Below the pieces are notes generated by a model, which saw only the letters and a program-made list of their open reading frames with translations, searched no databases and was not told the DNA's origin. The position numbers and the translations under genes were made by a program. A DNA stretch of 64,000 bases from Verrucomicrobiota bacterium (GTDB taxonomy: Bacteria; Verrucomicrobiota; Verrucomicrobiia; Opitutales; Seribacteraceae). Below, in pieces: positions 38,359 through 48,384 of the stretch (its first letter is position 1; each line of letters begins with the position of its first letter). The stretch lies in NCBI GenBank assembly GCA_027622665.1, contig JAQBYT010000008.1, positions 32,001 to 96,000 of the forward strand, read 5' to 3'.

Positions 38359-39316
38359 TCAATTCGAGCTGTTTGAATCTACCTGATTCTTGATTAGGTG
38401 CCAGAGGCAGGCTAGTCCGAGAAGTAAGAACGCAAAACCACCTCCGACTGAACCGTTACCGCAAGTCCACACGCTCATCAGCAAGAACAAGGTTCCTGGA
38501 ATTACGCGACAACCGGAACAGCCTTTTTTTCCTTCGGTGGTTTTTTACGCGATTTTTTCTTCGAATTGTTGGACACTATTGTCCATCCCATCCAAGTCCT
38601 TTTGCACGCGGCTAGGTTTTGTGGAATCAGTAGCAATTGTTGCGGATTTCTTGTATTCGGGCCAACAGCAGGTTCAGCAAATCATTTTCCCCGACATCGG
38701 TTCTAGCGGGCCATGTCCTTTGGGTAGGTTTTTACCTCGGGGTCCTCTTCAGGAATATTGTCCGAAGAGGAAAGACTTGGTGGCAGCGGCGGTGGAGGCG
38801 CTACATGGGCGGGGATACCCGATTTCTGTCTCTGGAGAGGGTGCCTCATGCTCCGAGGTGTCCGTGGGGTGGGGTGTTTCCTTAGGTTCGGGTAGCAGGA
38901 TTTCATCAGACTGAGAAATAAAAGGAGGTTCGTCCGCAGTCGATAACGCTGGAAGTGCTTCAGGTTCTTCGGTGACTTTTTTCTGTTCTTCGGAAACTGG
39001 AGTTGGGGCTAGCAACTGTCCGAAGGTGGCTCTTTGGTAAAGGTCGTCGAAGTCGAGTACGGTAAGCTTGCCTCGCTCTCAATTCTGCGGATGAGGGTGT
39101 GACCATCGTCGTAAACGGGATCGAAAGGGTTGCCGAATGTGCGGGAAGCGGAAACGAATGCGAGGGGGAGAGTGTAGGTTTTCCCAGTAAAGGGTGCGAG
39201 TGCTGACTTGGCTTCGCCTGACAGTAGACGGTTGTTCTTTAGGTTGGTGAGAGTCGCAAGTAGGGCGGGGGAGATTATTTGGGATAACTTCTCATATATA
39301 GATGACTTTCCGCCAT
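38359..39316 (-). pseudogene. Fragmented membrane-protein gene (several frameshifts and an in-frame stop)
   Basis: Protein-like pieces in changing frames: MAESHLY / EKLSQIISPALL...DDGHTLI / KLTVLDFDDLYQRATFGQLL + Pro/Glu linker / ...EEKIA*KTTEG + two TM helices ending TGA at 38359. Confidence 0.65.
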
Positions 39317-39363
39317 TGTGATTTTTACCCGATTGTCGAACAGGGGCTGCTCGAGCCAGGGAA

Positions 39364-41514
39364 TCAGTAGTAATAGTACATCATGAAGATGGCCAGGGCT
39401 GCGAGAAGTCCGGCCCAGAATCGGTCTTCGGAGAATAGGCTGATGGGCTTACCGGACACATGAGAGCGAACCACCGCAACGAAGGCTAACTCGGCAAAGA
39501 CAAACCATGTCCAGATTGCCGCCACGGTGCCCGCCACTATAGGTGAGGTCCATCCTCCGACCATGGCTAGAGCAAGAACGAGATAGAGTCCCAATGTGAG
39601 CAAGAGCTTGATGCCTGCTTTCCTGAGGACGGAGGGGTCGTGTCCGCCGAGTTCCGTCCAAGTGAGCTTTCCTTTCTCCTTGTCGGGCTGTGTGTTGAGA
39701 CTGACCACGATATGAAGCACAAAAGCGATGATGGACGCGAGGAAGGCGGCGTGAAAGAAATTCAGCTTCGGACCGAACATCTCGACTATCCAAGGAATGT
39801 TGGCGAAGGTGAGTTCGTAGAGGGAAGACCAAGGCGCTCCTTGGGGCGGGGCGAAGGCAAAGGAGAAGAAGAGTCCGCTGAGGATTGCGGTAATGCCTCC
39901 TGCTCCGGTCGCCCGCTTCCAGAACATTCCGACCAAGAAGGCTACCACCAAGCCGGATACCAGTTTCATCTGGTTGGCCGCCACGTAGATGAAGAAAGGA
40001 GACTTGGAGTTCGGGTCCATGATCAGAATGGAGACTAGTCCGGCGATAACGATAAAGATGGCGATCCATATGCGACCGACCCAAATCAGTTTCCTTTCGT
40101 CGGCGTTGGGATTGATATATTTCTTGTAGATGTCGAAGGTGATGATTGTCGCGGCGGAATTGAGCATTGAGTCGACGGTGGAGAGGATTGCGCCGATCAG
40201 CCCCGCCGCGACCAGACCCAATACACCGAAACCAATGGGCTTAACGTACTGCGTGAGCAAAGTGATGAAGACGTCGTCGGAAGCCACGTTCATGTTCTGT
40301 TTCTTAAACAAATAGTATGCGGCGATGCCGACCCCGATGGAAAAGAAAGGGATGAGCAACTTGAAGAAGCCGGCCGTTATAATCCCGATGCGGGCTTCCT
40401 TGTCGGTGCGAGCCGACAAGGCTCGTTGCACGATGAACTGATTGGTACCCCAATAAAAGAAGTGAAGCACCATGAGACCGCTCAGCATGCCTGTCCAGGG
40501 GAGGCTAGGGTGGTCGCTAGGTTCGTAGAGGTGCATTTTTTGGGCATCCGCCGCTGCTGCTGCGTCCATGGCCCGCATGCCCGACCACCCCCCGACCTCG
40601 GGTAAGCCGAATACGATGAAAGCCACGGTAAGCCCACCGATCAGCATAAGGATGGACTGTATGACGTCGGTCACGATGACCGCGCGTAGCCCGCCGAATA
40701 TGACGTAGGCTCCTGTCACAAGCGCCATGATGATGATGCCGAGCATGTAGTATTGGGGATCGACGTCGCCGGGAGCGATGTCCGGGTTATTCGAATTCCC
40801 TCCCTGAATCAGAACGGTGGGCGGAGTGGTCGCGTTGTACTCGGACCCGTTTGCGGAAAGAGTAATGGAGCTGACCCAACCATCCTCGGATATGACCGCA
40901 GTGGCCTCCGCATCAACACCCTTGTAATCCTCGGGACCCTGAATGGTAACCTTCGGTGTCGATGAGTACTTTCTGCCGGGGGAAGTGATCTTTATCTCGG
41001 AGAGGGATCCATTGGTGTCGACGACCGCTTCCGCTACAGCTTTGCGGCCCGTGTCGCCCTGGAGTAGTCTGTTGACTGAACGCGAGCCGTAGTAAAATCC
41101 GGGTACCATCTGAACGACCACCATGATGACGATCATGACGATGGCGAAAGCCATGCGACTACGGTCGTCGTAGCGTCTCCCCAAGTATTCGCTCAGGGTG
41201 TAGACGTTCATCTTTCGATAAACGGGCAGGAAACCGTAGCAAAGCAGCAGCAGTCCGGCGATGGCGGTGATCTCGAATTGACTCTGTGCAAAGCCAACGA
41301 GGTAACCTACGCCCATCATGCCGGCGATGTGGTTGGCGGATACATTGGATCCGAATATGGAGCCTGCCACTCCCCACCATCGCGTGGTTCGACCGGCGAG
41401 GAAGTAATCCTCGGAACTTTCACCCCGTCGGCTGGCCCAGAGACCAATGCCCATGACGGCAGCGAGTGAACCAAAGAAGATGAACAGATCGGCGGTGGAG
41501 AGGAAACTTTCCAT
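39364..41514 (-). CDS. Sodium:solute symporter (SSS/SLC5) with inserted soluble domain
   Basis: EDYFLAGR, SNVSANH, TLSEYLGRRY, GGLRAVIVTDVIQ, YWGTNQFIVQRAL, STVDSMLNS. Confidence 0.93.
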   Translation of the reverse strand: MESFLSTADLFIFFGSLAAVMGIGLWASRRGESSEDYFLAGRTTRWWGVAGSIFGSNVSANHIAGMMGVGYLVGFAQSQFEITAIAGLLLLCYGFLPVYRKMNVYTLSEYLGRRYDDRSRMAFAIVMIVIMVVVQMVPGFYYGSRSVNRLLQGDTGRKAVAEAVVDTNGSLSEIKITSPGRKYSSTPKVTIQGPEDYKGVDAEATAVISEDGWVSSITLSANGSEYNATTPPTVLIQGGNSNNPDIAPGDVDPQYYMLGIIIMALVTGAYVIFGGLRAVIVTDVIQSILMLIGGLTVAFIVFGLPEVGGWSGMRAMDAAAAADAQKMHLYEPSDHPSLPWTGMLSGLMVLHFFYWGTNQFIVQRALSARTDKEARIGIITAGFFKLLIPFFSIGVGIAAYYLFKKQNMNVASDDVFITLLTQYVKPIGFGVLGLVAAGLIGAILSTVDSMLNSAATIITFDIYKKYINPNADERKLIWVGRIWIAIFIVIAGLVSILIMDPNSKSPFFIYVAANQMKLVSGLVVAFLVGMFWKRATGAGGITAILSGLFFSFAFAPPQGAPWSSLYELTFANIPWIVEMFGPKLNFFHAAFLASIIAFVLHIVVSLNTQPDKEKGKLTWTELGGHDPSVLRKAGIKLLLTLGLYLVLALAMVGGWTSPIVAGTVAAIWTWFVFAELAFVAVVRSHVSGKPISLFSEDRFWAGLLAALAIFMMYYYY

Positions 41515-41591
41515 AATTTGCAGTGTAAACGCTGTAGTCCCTACAAGGGAAACGCAAAATTCACCTTTGAGAAGAAGCGATGCGGAAGGCT

Positions 41592-43148
41592 TTACGCTTT
41601 TGCGCCAAGTGGGAGACGACCGCTGGCCTTGGCTTGCTCCCTAAGATAGGTCGCAGTTTCTCCAGACAGGGAAGTCAGTTGCTCGTCGGTCATTCGCCAA
41701 GACCAGTTGCCGAATGCGTGACCCGGACGATTCAATCGAGCTTGCGCGCCGAGGGAGAGTATATCCTGCATGGGGACGACACAAAGGTTGGAGACGCTAC
41801 GATAGGCCGCTCGCAAAAGATCCCACGGGACGTCTTCTCCCGAGACGCTGAGGTAACTCCGGAAGTTGCCTCGAACTTCCTCGTCGGACGATTCGTACCA
41901 TCCCCTTGAGGTGTCGTTGTCATGCGTCCCCGTATAAAGAACCAAGTCATTGGACAGGTTGTGAGGCAAATAAAGATTGGCGGCATCGCCATCGAAAGCG
42001 AACTGAAGCACGGCCATTCCGGGCAGGTTCGTTGACTTGCGGAGAGCATGTACTCCGTCATTCAACAATCCGAGATCCTCCGCTAGAAAGGGGAGGGCGG
42101 GAAAACGCTTGAGTACGGCTTCGAAAAATTCGCTGCCCGGACCCGACTTCCAAACGCCTTCACGAGCGTCATCGTGGTCGGCAGGAATGCTCCAGTAATC
42201 GTGAAACCCACGAAAATGGTCGATTCTAGTGACGTCGAACAGGTCGTTTTGGGCTACCAACCGTTCCAACCACCATGTATAGCCTTCGGCTTGGTGGACA
42301 GGCCAGTCATAGAGAGGGTTTCCCCATAGTTGTCCGGTGGGGTTGAAGTAATCCGGCGGGACTCCGGCCACGGCAGTGGGCAATCCAGTGGTTATGTCTA
42401 ATAGAAAAAGATCCGGACGTTGCCAAACGTCTGCACAATCGGGTGCCACGTAGATGGGAAGGTCTCCAAGCATGGATATTTTCCGAGAAGAAGCGTAGGC
42501 GCGCAGGGCTTTCCACTGACCGAAAAAGAGGTATTGTAGGAAATAATGCAGGTTTATCTCTTCCACAAGTTCTGGATCGCTCAATCGGTGACAGGCTTTG
42601 TCGAAGGTACGCAGCTCTTCGGGCCATAGCCACCATGGCCTTTTCTCATTTTCGGCCTTAAGAGCGCAAAAAAGGGCATAAGATTCGATCCATGACCTCT
42701 TTTCTGCAATGAATTCCTGATATGAGCCGTACATTGACTCAAGTTCCTCTTGATTGCTTTCGAAGCGAAGAGCGGCTTTTTTCGCCACGAGCCAAAATCT
42801 TTCGTATAAATCACCGTAATCAACGAAATCCCAAGGTAGAGCACGCAAGGCAGACAGGTCGTCTTCGTCCACCAGACCGACCTCCAGAAGAGGATTCCAG
42901 TCTAGGAAGTATGGATTTCCCGCAAAGGACGAAAAGGATTGGTAGGGTGAATCGCCAAAGCTGGTCGGTCCGACGGGGCATATCTGCCAATGACCGAACC
43001 CCGCCTCCGATAGAAAGTCGATCAGTACGCGGGAAGGTTTTCCAATATTTCCAATTCCGAACTCTCCGGGGAGGGACGACAAGTGCAGAAGTAGACCAGT
43101 CGAGCGCTTCCTTAGCCAGTCAGGTATTTCGGGGAGGGATGCACCCAT
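41592..43148 (-). CDS. malQ: 4-alpha-glucanotransferase (amylomaltase, GH77)
   Basis: GLLLHLSSLP, SPYQSFSSFAGN, GDLPIYV, GVPPDYF..TGQLWGNP, RIDHFRG, AEDLG, YTGTHDNDT. Start ATG 43148 (alternative 43172). Confidence 0.96.
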   Translation of the reverse strand: MGASLPEIPDWLRKRSTGLLLHLSSLPGEFGIGNIGKPSRVLIDFLSEAGFGHWQICPVGPTSFGDSPYQSFSSFAGNPYFLDWNPLLEVGLVDEDDLSALRALPWDFVDYGDLYERFWLVAKKAALRFESNQEELESMYGSYQEFIAEKRSWIESYALFCALKAENEKRPWWLWPEELRTFDKACHRLSDPELVEEINLHYFLQYLFFGQWKALRAYASSRKISMLGDLPIYVAPDCADVWQRPDLFLLDITTGLPTAVAGVPPDYFNPTGQLWGNPLYDWPVHQAEGYTWWLERLVAQNDLFDVTRIDHFRGFHDYWSIPADHDDAREGVWKSGPGSEFFEAVLKRFPALPFLAEDLGLLNDGVHALRKSTNLPGMAVLQFAFDGDAANLYLPHNLSNDLVLYTGTHDNDTSRGWYESSDEEVRGNFRSYLSVSGEDVPWDLLRAAYRSVSNLCVVPMQDILSLGAQARLNRPGHAFGNWSWRMTDEQLTSLSGETATYLREQAKASGRLPLGAKA

Positions 43149-43208
43149 TAAAACTTCAGTTCCCAAAGCCAAAAGCGATACGATTTACCCTGATTGGACA
43201 TAATACAT

Positions 43209-43260
43209 ATTGTGCGAACCATGAACCCTTAAGCAATTATAGCACAATAACTTGCACAAT
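43209..43260 (-). promoter_or_regulatory. Extended -10 promoter for malQ with repeated ATTGTGC boxes
   Basis: Minus strand TGcTATAAT at 43244-43236. GCACAAT at 43242-43248 and 43254-43260, with an inverted copy at 43209-43215. Confidence 0.5.
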
Positions 43261-43331
43261 TAAACAATTCGGTACTATTTCTCAAAACGATTAATATCTA
43301 GTCTTGGTTTTCGAGAAATCCGTCGATTCGT

Positions 43332-44741
43332 TTATTTCGAAAGTCCCCAATGATTGGTGAACGGATAATAGACAAATAACGCCCGACCCACGATTTGTTG
43401 TTCAGGTACGAAACCCCACATCCGACCATCCAGACTGTTTGGAGAATTGTCACCCATTGCTAAGTAGAAGTTTTGTCCGGTTGGATTTGTGGAACGATCT
43501 GTTTTCTTAGGAACGCGAAGTGGAGATTTGTTGGAAAGCAAGCCATCAGCTCGATATCCTGGATATTTTGTGGTGTTTTCCGCCTGTGGGTTTTGGGCGA
43601 GGTTTTCGACGCGCTCTCGATTCATCCTGAACGCGTCCACGCCCTCGATTGGTTTTCCGTTCCTGTACAGAATCCCGGGCGTGCCGCCGCGAAGATCTGT
43701 TCCATTCGTAAATATGGTATCGGGTACGCGGATCTCCATTTCATCGCCGGGTTCCCCGACAAGTCTCTTGATGTAGTATTTGTCTTCACCAATTGAAGAT
43801 CGAGTCGGAATATCTAATTGTCTATTAACCTCGTCTATTCCCTTGGTTTTGAATACGGCGGGATCCCCGGAACTGGGGCGAATGAAGTTGTAACTCATCC
43901 GGTCCACGAAAAGCGCATCGCCGAGCAGGATGTCAAAAGCAAGCACGACGTCGCCGGCCTTGAACGAATTTTCGCTCAGCCTTAACCTGCCTGAGTTGTA
44001 CAAACCCGGCGGTTGCGGAATGATTTGCGGAAGTCCTCTCAAGTCGTCGATTCCGGCAAATTTTTTGGCCAGAATGGTATCAAGGTCGAACTCCGAGGGA
44101 ACGTTCAGCACATGCTTCTTTCCGCCGATTTCAAAAACATATTCCCTAATGGGACTGGGAAATACGAAGAATTTTCCATTTGGAAAATTTTCCGTGGAAA
44201 AGCGAAAACTGCCGTTGTCTTGAAGAACCAGAACCAACTCTCCATTCGATTGAGCCTCTAGGCGATGATGAGATGCTCCAAGCGTTAATTTGTCGAGGAT
44301 TCGACTCCCCATGCCCGGCAGTTCGTCATCTTCTTCGTATAGGTTGGGTTGCATCCCGTTGTAGGTAGGGTACATCGAGTTCGTGGGGATGATGAAGGGC
44401 TGAATGAAAAAACTACGGATTCCAATAACCACAATGGCAGCAACGAGCAGCATCTCGATGTTTTCGACCCAGCTTTTCTTGTGGTAATAGTCTCCTCCGC
44501 ACTTGTCCGAGATCTCGTAGAGGTCTGTTGCTTTTTCTTCCAATTCTGCAGTCGTGACGGTCTTTTCACGAATCGCTTTGTCGAGTCCGACCAGTCGGTT
44601 TTCGAACTTCTCGACATCTTCGTCGGGCAATAGGTCTCGTCTGTAATCAAAGGCTTTCTGGGCCAATCTGAGGATTTCCTTAGCTCCCTTCCTCATCGAT
44701 CTGGTCACGGGTTTGTTTTCTGGATTAGAAGGTTTTGTCAT
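43332..44741 (-). CDS. lepB: Signal peptidase I (long form)
   Basis: IRSFFIQPFIIPTNSMYPT (Ser), GDALFVDR, YIKRLVG (Lys), MGDNSPNSLDGRMWGFVP; downstream of lepA. Confidence 0.93.
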   Translation of the reverse strand: MTKPSNPENKPVTRSMRKGAKEILRLAQKAFDYRRDLLPDEDVEKFENRLVGLDKAIREKTVTTAELEEKATDLYEISDKCGGDYYHKKSWVENIEMLLVAAIVVIGIRSFFIQPFIIPTNSMYPTYNGMQPNLYEEDDELPGMGSRILDKLTLGASHHRLEAQSNGELVLVLQDNGSFRFSTENFPNGKFFVFPSPIREYVFEIGGKKHVLNVPSEFDLDTILAKKFAGIDDLRGLPQIIPQPPGLYNSGRLRLSENSFKAGDVVLAFDILLGDALFVDRMSYNFIRPSSGDPAVFKTKGIDEVNRQLDIPTRSSIGEDKYYIKRLVGEPGDEMEIRVPDTIFTNGTDLRGGTPGILYRNGKPIEGVDAFRMNRERVENLAQNPQAENTTKYPGYRADGLLSNKSPLRVPKKTDRSTNPTGQNFYLAMGDNSPNSLDGRMWGFVPEQQIVGRALFVYYPFTNHWGLSK

Positions 44742-44767
44742 ATCAAAGTGGTATTTGCAGAAGTAGT

Positions 44768-46567
44768 TCAGTTTCCGCTCTTGAGAATTTGTACAAATGC
44801 TTCTTGCGGGATACTGACGTTGCCGATTTGCTTCATTCGCTTTTTCCCCTTTTTTTGTTTCTCGAGGAGCTTTTTCTTGCGTGAAATGTCACCGCCGTAG
44901 CATTTTGCGGTAACGTCTTTGCGCATAGCCGATATGGTTTCTCTGGCAATGATTTGTCCACCCACCGAGGCCTGCAGGGCAACTTTAAACATTTGTCTGG
45001 GCAGAATTTCCTTCAGTTTTTCGCAAAGTACGCGCCCACGAACTTCGGCTTTTTCGCGATGAACGATTGTTGAAAAAGCATCCACGATTTCGGAGTTCAC
45101 CATGATTTCCATGCGTTGTAGGCTCGACGTCTGGTATTCCGCCATGTCGTAGTCCATGGAACCGTAACCGTGGGTGATGCTCTTGAGGCGGTCGTTGAAG
45201 TCCACCAATATTTCGTTCAAGGGCAAGGAACAGATGAGCATGACGCGGGTTTCGTCGATGGTTTCCGTATTGTTGCAGATCCCACGCTTTTCGCTCACGA
45301 GAGCGAGTATGTCCCCGATGCTGTCGTTTGGAGCCAGAATTCGAGCCAGAATCGTAGGTTCTTCGATATGGGATATTTCCGTAACTTCCGGAAGTTCCAA
45401 TGGGTTGTCTATCTCCTTGAGTGTTCCATCGGTAAGGCAGACTCGATAGACGACGCTCGGATAAGTCGAGATCAAGTCCAGATCATATTCTCGCCGCAAA
45501 CGCTCCTGGATTATTTCCATGTGCAGGAGACCGAGAAACCCGCAGCGGAAACCAAAACCGAGAGCCGCAGAAGTTTCCGACTGAAAAGTGAAGGCGGCAT
45601 CGTTCAGACGCAACTTAGCAACGCTTTTCTTCAGCTTTTCGTAGTCGTTGGTATCGAGCGGATAAAGACCGCTGAACACCATGGGCCGAACTTCCTTGTA
45701 CCCCGGCAGCATTTCGGTGGCCGGATCTTGAGCGGAAGTAATGGTGTCCCCGATCTTGATGTCGGCTACGTCTCGGATACCGGTTACGATGTAGCCCACT
45801 TCGCCTTCTCTCAACTGTTCAGTAGGCACGGGCTGTGGACAAAAACGTCCGATTTCCTTTACCTCCGTCTTCCTCCCGTCACTCATGAGCACTATAGAGG
45901 AATTTCGAGCGATACTGCCCGAAAATACGCGAACGTAACATATGACTCCCTTGTAGGAATCGTACTGGCTATCGAACACAAGCGCCCTACTCTGCTTGCT
46001 TCCCGTCCAGCGAGGTGCAGGTAAGCGCCGGACTACGGCTTCCAATATTGCCTCGACTCCCAATCCGCTTTTCCCGCTTGCGAGCAAGGCATCCTCGGCC
46101 GGAATAGCCAGAACGTCCTCAATTTGCCGAGAAACGCGATCCACGTCGGCGCTGGGCAAGTCCACCTTGTTGATGACGGGGATGACTTTCAGACCTTGGG
46201 CATCTGCCAATTGCGCGTTGGCCAAGGTCTGAGCTTCCACTCCCTGCGAGGCGTCGACCAAAAGCAAGGCCCCTTCACAGGCAGCAAGACTCCGTGAAAC
46301 TTCGTAGGAAAAATCAACGTGACCGGGTGTGTCGATGAGGTTGAAGAGGTATTCGTCTCCTTTGGCATCCCGATAGGTCATGGAGACGGGATGACTCTTT
46401 ATCGTAATACCCCGCTCCCGCTCCAAATCCATGGAATCGAGCAGCTGTTCCTTCATCTCTCTCTTCAACACCGTCTTGGTGCTTTCGAGCAGCCGATCGG
46501 ACAAAGTTGTCTTGCCGTGATCGACATGAGCTATGATGCAGAAATTTCGAATCCTTTTGACGTCCAC
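44768..46567 (-). CDS. lepA: Elongation factor 4
   Basis: IRNFCIIAHVDHGKT, ERERGITIK, DTPGHVDF, GFRCGFLGLLH, KCYGGDISRKKKLL. GTG start 46567. Confidence 0.98.
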   Translation of the reverse strand: MDVKRIRNFCIIAHVDHGKTTLSDRLLESTKTVLKREMKEQLLDSMDLERERGITIKSHPVSMTYRDAKGDEYLFNLIDTPGHVDFSYEVSRSLAACEGALLLVDASQGVEAQTLANAQLADAQGLKVIPVINKVDLPSADVDRVSRQIEDVLAIPAEDALLASGKSGLGVEAILEAVVRRLPAPRWTGSKQSRALVFDSQYDSYKGVICYVRVFSGSIARNSSIVLMSDGRKTEVKEIGRFCPQPVPTEQLREGEVGYIVTGIRDVADIKIGDTITSAQDPATEMLPGYKEVRPMVFSGLYPLDTNDYEKLKKSVAKLRLNDAAFTFQSETSAALGFGFRCGFLGLLHMEIIQERLRREYDLDLISTYPSVVYRVCLTDGTLKEIDNPLELPEVTEISHIEEPTILARILAPNDSIGDILALVSEKRGICNNTETIDETRVMLICSLPLNEILVDFNDRLKSITHGYGSMDYDMAEYQTSSLQRMEIMVNSEIVDAFSTIVHREKAEVRGRVLCEKLKEILPRQMFKVALQASVGGQIIARETISAMRKDVTAKCYGGDISRKKKLLEKQKKGKKRMKQIGNVSIPQEAFVQILKSGN

Positions 46568-46659
46568 TATGAAAAGAGTTGACCAAGCAAAATTTCCTGC
46601 CGAAAAGAGCAAGACAATTGCGGGTATTAAAAAAAACTAATTTTTAAGATTTATTAAGA

Positions 46660-47550
46660 ATGGACAAGAATCGACTTAAGGGAACACACACAGCTCTCAT
46701 CTCGCCGATGTTGGATGGGAAAGTGAACTTTGCCGATCTCGAGCGTCATGTCGAACGGCAAATCGCTTCCGGCATAAACGGACTGGTGCCCTGCGGCACC
46801 ACGGGGGAATCCCCTACCCTGTCATCCGAGGAACACCTACGGGTCGTGGAGGTAATCGTGAAAGCCTCGGCAGGCCGAACGCCCGTCATTGCCGGGACCG
46901 GAGCCAATTCAACCGCCGAGGCACTGCATCTTACTAAAGCTGCCGACAAAGCCGGGGCGGACGCCTTCCTCCTAGTGGCTCCCTATTACAACAAGCCGAG
47001 TCAGGAAGGCCTCCTCGCTCATTTCGGTGCTATCGCCGAAATCACAGAAAAGCCAATCGTGCTGTACTCAATTCCTTCCAGGTGTGGTATCGAGATATCC
47101 ACTTCCACCGTTGCTCGTCTTTACGAAAAGCATCCGCACATCTGCGCTCTCAAGGAAGCGGGCGGACGATCCGCGAAGGTTTCGGATACCGCGGTCGCCC
47201 TCGGGTCTGACTATGTTATCCTTTCCGGCGACGATGCTCTCACCCTGCCCTTCATGGCTTGCGGCGCCTCGGGCGTAATTAGCGTCGCCTCTAACATCTA
47301 CCCGGCTACAGTCGCCAAAATGGTCGACCTCGCCGAAGCCAACGACTTCGATGCTGCCCGCAAAATCCATCTCGAGTACCTTCGCGTTTTCGGCGAACTC
47401 TTCATCGAGCCGAATCCCGTCCCCGCCAAGTTCGTCATGAAGTCTTTTGGAATGATTGAGTCCGACGAAGTTCGCTTGCCCTTGTGCAACCTCCAGCCGG
47501 AAAATAGCGAGCGCCTAGCTCAGCTCGTCAAAGATTTTCCCTTGGACTAG
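46660..47550 (+). CDS. dapA: 4-hydroxy-tetrahydrodipicolinate synthase
   Basis: GTTGESPTL, GTGANST, PYYNKP, LYSIPSR, LKEA, SGDD, NPVPAK. Confidence 0.96.
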   Translation: MDKNRLKGTHTALISPMLDGKVNFADLERHVERQIASGINGLVPCGTTGESPTLSSEEHLRVVEVIVKASAGRTPVIAGTGANSTAEALHLTKAADKAGADAFLLVAPYYNKPSQEGLLAHFGAIAEITEKPIVLYSIPSRCGIEISTSTVARLYEKHPHICALKEAGGRSAKVSDTAVALGSDYVILSGDDALTLPFMACGASGVISVASNIYPATVAKMVDLAEANDFDAARKIHLEYLRVFGELFIEPNPVPAKFVMKSFGMIESDEVRLPLCNLQPENSERLAQLVKDFPLD

Positions 47551-47591
47551 CAACATATCGAATTCCCGCTTATCTTTTACCTTCCTGTAAA

Positions 47592-48332
47592 ATGTCATTA
47601 AAAATCATGCTAAACGGAGCTCGGGGTCGAATGGGTCGGGCCATTGCCTCCATCGCCGACGAAAAGGATTGTCAAATCGTAGCTGGCGTCGACTTGGGCG
47701 ACGACCCTGCTGCCGTAATCGATGATTGTGACGTCGTGATCGACTTCAGCTTGCAAGAGGCCACCTTGCCCGTAGCCAAGTTGACCGCCGATCGCGGCAA
47801 GCCCATCGTGATCGGCACCACCGGCCAATCCGCCGAGGATCGCGAAGCCATCACCGCCCTATCCTCTCGCATACCCATGGTCTGGGCGGGAAACTTCTCA
47901 ACCGGCGTCAATCTCCTCTTCTACCTCACCCAAAAGGCGGCCGAAATCCTCGATGCCGAATCCGATTTCGATCCCGAAGTCATAGAAATGCACCACCGTC
48001 ACAAGCAGGATGCCCCGAGTGGGACGGCCGAACGCCTTTTGGACATTCTAAAGGAATCACGAAATTTGGTAGATACCGATGTCGCCCACGGTCGCCAAGG
48101 GATCACTGGCGAGCGTCCCGCTGCTCAAATCGGCTCCCATTCCCTCCGCGGGGGCGATGTTGTGGGCGATCACCTCGTCATGTTCGCAGGAATCGGCGAA
48201 CGCCTGGAACTCACCCACCGGGCGACCGACCGCGTGATTTTCGCCGCAGGAGCCCTTCGTGCCGCCAAATGGGCGGTTACTCAGCCCGCAGGTTTGTACT
48301 CCATGCAAGACGTTCTGGGACTCACCGCATGA
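47592..48332 (+). CDS. dapB: 4-hydroxy-tetrahydrodipicolinate reductase
   Basis: GARGRMG, IDFS, IGTTG, NFSTGVN, EMHHRHKQDAPSGTA, RGGDVVGDH. Confidence 0.97.
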   Translation: MSLKIMLNGARGRMGRAIASIADEKDCQIVAGVDLGDDPAAVIDDCDVVIDFSLQEATLPVAKLTADRGKPIVIGTTGQSAEDREAITALSSRIPMVWAGNFSTGVNLLFYLTQKAAEILDAESDFDPEVIEMHHRHKQDAPSGTAERLLDILKESRNLVDTDVAHGRQGITGERPAAQIGSHSLRGGDVVGDHLVMFAGIGERLELTHRATDRVIFAAGALRAAKWAVTQPAGLYSMQDVLGLTA

Positions 48333-48384
48333 ACCCGCTTCCTTCGTCCCAATTATTTATTTCCTTTTTCTTAGCTTTTTTCTG

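Noticed and set aside
38390..38914. 174-aa + strand ORF
   Set aside because: It is the antisense shadow of the minus-strand pseudogene and is not protein-like.
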